The notes beneath the pieces are model-generated. The model was not told the origin of the DNA and searched no databases. It was given only the letters and a program-made list of their open reading frames with translations. Below, piece after piece: positions 35,599 through 64,000 of a stretch of 64,000 nucleotides of DNA; within the stretch, counting starts at the first letter, position 1; each line of letters opens with the position of its first letter. Position numbers and translations under genes: made by a program. Source of the DNA: Amoebidium appalachense (taxonomy: Eukaryota; Protista; Ichthyosporea). The stretch spans positions 5,276,060 through 5,340,059 of the forward strand of contig CAVNZM010000010.1 of NCBI GenBank assembly GCA_963693365.1. Direction: 5' to 3'.

Positions 35599-37195
35599 GC
35601 TTCATACATCACACACACACATTGGCAGACACACCACTGATATCTCTCCGTGTCTCTCTCTCTACAGTTTGTGCGCGTGACACTATGTGAGTATGTATGT
35701 GTCACGTGTACATGTGTGTAACATTGTGTGTGTTGGTGGTGGTGGTGGTGGTGGTGGTGGTGGTGGTGGTGGTGTGGTGGTGGTGGTGGTGGGGGGGGGG
35801 GGGGGGGGGGGGGGGGGGGAGGGCTTGGACGGCCGCTTGATGATGATGTAGAGGAACGAGACTTTTTGTGGGGTGTGAACCTGTGACCAGCACAGGTCAC
35901 ATGTACAGGTCACAAAAAGGTCGCATTCTGTAACTTGGCAAACCCGCATGTCACATGTAAGCATTTGTGCATTAAAGGACGAGGCCACACAGGGTGTATG
36001 GCTCCATAGCTATATCTGTAACCTAATAAACGTGGTGGGCAAGGTGCACGTGTGTGCATACACGTCCAACTAGAGAGCTTTGCAAGGCACTCCCACTCCA
36101 GGCCGCGGGCAGCCCGGAGCGTGACCCGAATCGGTTCGGGCCGACCCGATTTGGACCGAGTCGAGCCGGCTTGATGACGTAATCGCATCGGGCCGGGTCG
36201 GGTCGGAGGGGGGTCAGATTGGCGGTTTTGAGGTTAGACACGCCATTCGACAGGCCTCGTCAAGAGCGTTCGATCCATCCAAAAAAAATTGAAATCGGCC
36301 GGCGGGAACTATTTTTTATTATTATTATTTCTTGGAGGCCGGTAGGCTTGGGGCACCATAGTGCAGTGCACCGTGGCATATGCATGCCCGTTCTACACAC
36401 ATGTGACGTAACGTAACGTTTACCTACCATAAAAAGGCAAACTATGTCACATTTAGGCTCGGTCTACCGGAATCTGATTGGTGATTGGTAGACTCATCAG
36501 ATCCAGAAGTTCGAACCCCCTTGAGCTTTTTCAGTCACTGACTGAGGATCGAGAGCAGATGGGAGACATGGCAATTGAGATGGTGTCATTGTGGAATGTA
36601 TAGTTGTATACGTGGCATGGCTAGCTGGTGAGGGCATTGTACAGCTAATATCAGGAAAAGCTAACCGGTCAGGTGCTGCACGAGGGAAGAAGTGCGTGCA
36701 CTGACAATCTTAGATCTACGGTGATTCGTTGGATGATGAGCTATTCTTGAAGGATTATTTCTTGTCGTGAGGGACACATCGAGCGCTCACTGAAGAGCCA
36801 GCTTGTCAACACTGGCATAAGAGATTGGATTGGCCACTATAGGGCAAATTAAGCAGAAAATCGTTCAAATCATAAAGTGCAAAGTCGGATGGTTATAGTG
36901 ACAGTGACAACGTTTGGATGCATCTCTAACATGTGGCTGCTGTGTCAGCTTGGTTCAGATCAGGTACGTGCTTGGTGACACATTGTTGTAGCCAATTTAC
37001 AGCTTGTACTAGGAAAAAGAAGTCATGCTGCATGCGCACTTCTGTACTCAAGCCTGACCTTTCCTATCAACTCCTAATGCTCTCCATGCTTGTGTCTCTG
37101 GCAGTGCTTGAATGGAATCTTTGTAAGCGTGTTAAACGTGTACGTGTGTGTGTGTCTATTTGTGTGTGTTTGTGTGTGCGTGCGCGCGCGCGCGC

Positions 37196-37252
<57 letters not shown>

Positions 37253-37720
37253 GGTGTGTTGGTGTGCATGTACACGTGTACACACCCGTCCGCGCATGCG
37301 TGCGTGTGTGTGTGTGTGCGCGCGCGCGCATACACGCAGGTGTGTGCTTGTGTGTGTGTGTGTATTTGTGTGTGCATGTGTCCGTGTGTCCGAGTGGTTG
37401 AGCGGGTAGTTGAGACCATGGATCTTTCTGAACGGGTACTGGTTGCTGTGGATGGGTCGTGGGTCTGCCGGTGTGTGTGTGTGTTCCTGCTTGTATATTT
37501 ATTGCGGCCCAACTGTGCTTGTGCGCCTGGGGGGATGTTGTGTTTGGAAAGGTGGGGGGAGGGGGGGGAGGGAGGGCTGGACGAGACTGGGTTGCTTAAA
37601 AGGAAAAGAAGGGGCTGGGGGAGTGGGGGGGGTGCGGGGTGGGGAGGAGGGGGGAGGGGGGAGGAGGGGGGGTTGAGATCTGTGCTCTAATTGTCCGTCC
37701 TTTCATACCTAACTGTGAAA

Positions 37721-37860
37721 GTTTCTCCTGAATTTGCTGAACACAAAGACTCAAAGGGAACACATACCCCCCCCCCCCCCCCCCCCCTCCCCCCCCCCCC
37801 TTTCTCCTGAATTTGCTGAACACAAAGACTCAAAGGGCACACATACCCCCTCCCCCCCCC
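37721..37860 (+). repeat. Tandem duplication of about 46 bp plus a C-tract
   Basis: TTTCTCCTGAATTTGCTGAACACAAAGACTCAAAGGG(A/C)ACACATAC-poly(C) at 37722 and 37801. Confidence 0.9.
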
Positions 37861-38034
37861 TCCCCCGTCCCCCCCCACCTGTCTCCCTCTGCCTTCAGCC
37901 CTCCCCCTCCCCCAACTCCTACATCTCCTCGACATCGAGACAAGAAGCGCTCTGCTCTTCCGAATGCTCACTTAATCTGTCACGTACAGAGACAGGTTTC
38001 TACCGTGGCTGCCGGCCAGGCACAGTGAGGGGCC

Positions 38035-63661
<25,627 letters not shown>

Positions 63662-63798
63662 GTGTGTGAAATATGTCTTTGAAGGGGGGGGGGGGGGTCT
63701 TTTGAGCTCCGGGCTGGGCCAAACTCGAAAAAAGGTGTGGTGGATGGGCGCTCTTGTGGAAACTAACAACTGGGTATTGCGCGTTATCTTGGAAAATG

Positions 63799-63830
<32 letters not shown>

Positions 63831-64000
63831 TTTTTTTCCTGTCCTCTTTTTTTTTTTTTTAAGGCGCGTACCGGTACGCATTCACCAGCACGCCGTTGCA
63901 TTTTTCACAACAGTACTTATCTCACCACCCTTACGTGTTAGAACTTTCACTTTCTTCGAGTCAGAGCCACTAGTGCAACCAGTGACATAAAAGCAACTGA

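Noticed and set aside
36100-36310. CCCGA/TCGGG-rich segment resembling hAT subterminal repeats
   Set aside because: No TIR pair, TSD or second copy in the window. It could equally be a CpG-rich promoter upstream of Piezo.

Overview
Eukaryotic genomic DNA with spliceosomal GT-AG introns full of (CA)n/(TG)n, poly-C/poly-G and (GA)n tracts. Most ORF-track entries are microsatellite artefacts. I assembled five protein-coding genes by hand, checking splice phases: (1) the 3' part of a SEL1L/Hrd3 homologue (+, 14 exons, <82-9499); (2) an intronless PP1 glycogen-targeting subunit with an RVxF motif and CBM21 domain (+, 16042-16845); (3) a CDIN1/C15orf41 homologue (-, 9 exons, 28859-20577); (4) an ankyrin-repeat protein with a possible Bro-N/KilA-like domain (+, 31048-33728); (5) a Piezo channel (+, about 30 exons, 38035 to beyond 64000). 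The gene set suggests a holozoan, possibly unicellular, but that is inference only. The most unusual signal is a mostly intronic family of short elements that end in ...(T)AAC/AAAC-poly(C) and are co-oriented with the host or adjacent gene. The two longest copies fold into a pseudoknotted RNA supported by compensatory base changes and contain hammerhead-like core segments (CUGAGGA; GACC/GGUC-GAAAC) in a non-canonical order. One copy is a 276-nt monomer with a perfect 72-bp terminal redundancy, like a retrozyme or Penelope pseudo-LTR. Also noted: C-tracts just after donors, (CA)n or poly-A in place of polypyrimidine tracts, tandemly multiplied acceptor sites, and duplicated exon ends in Piezo.
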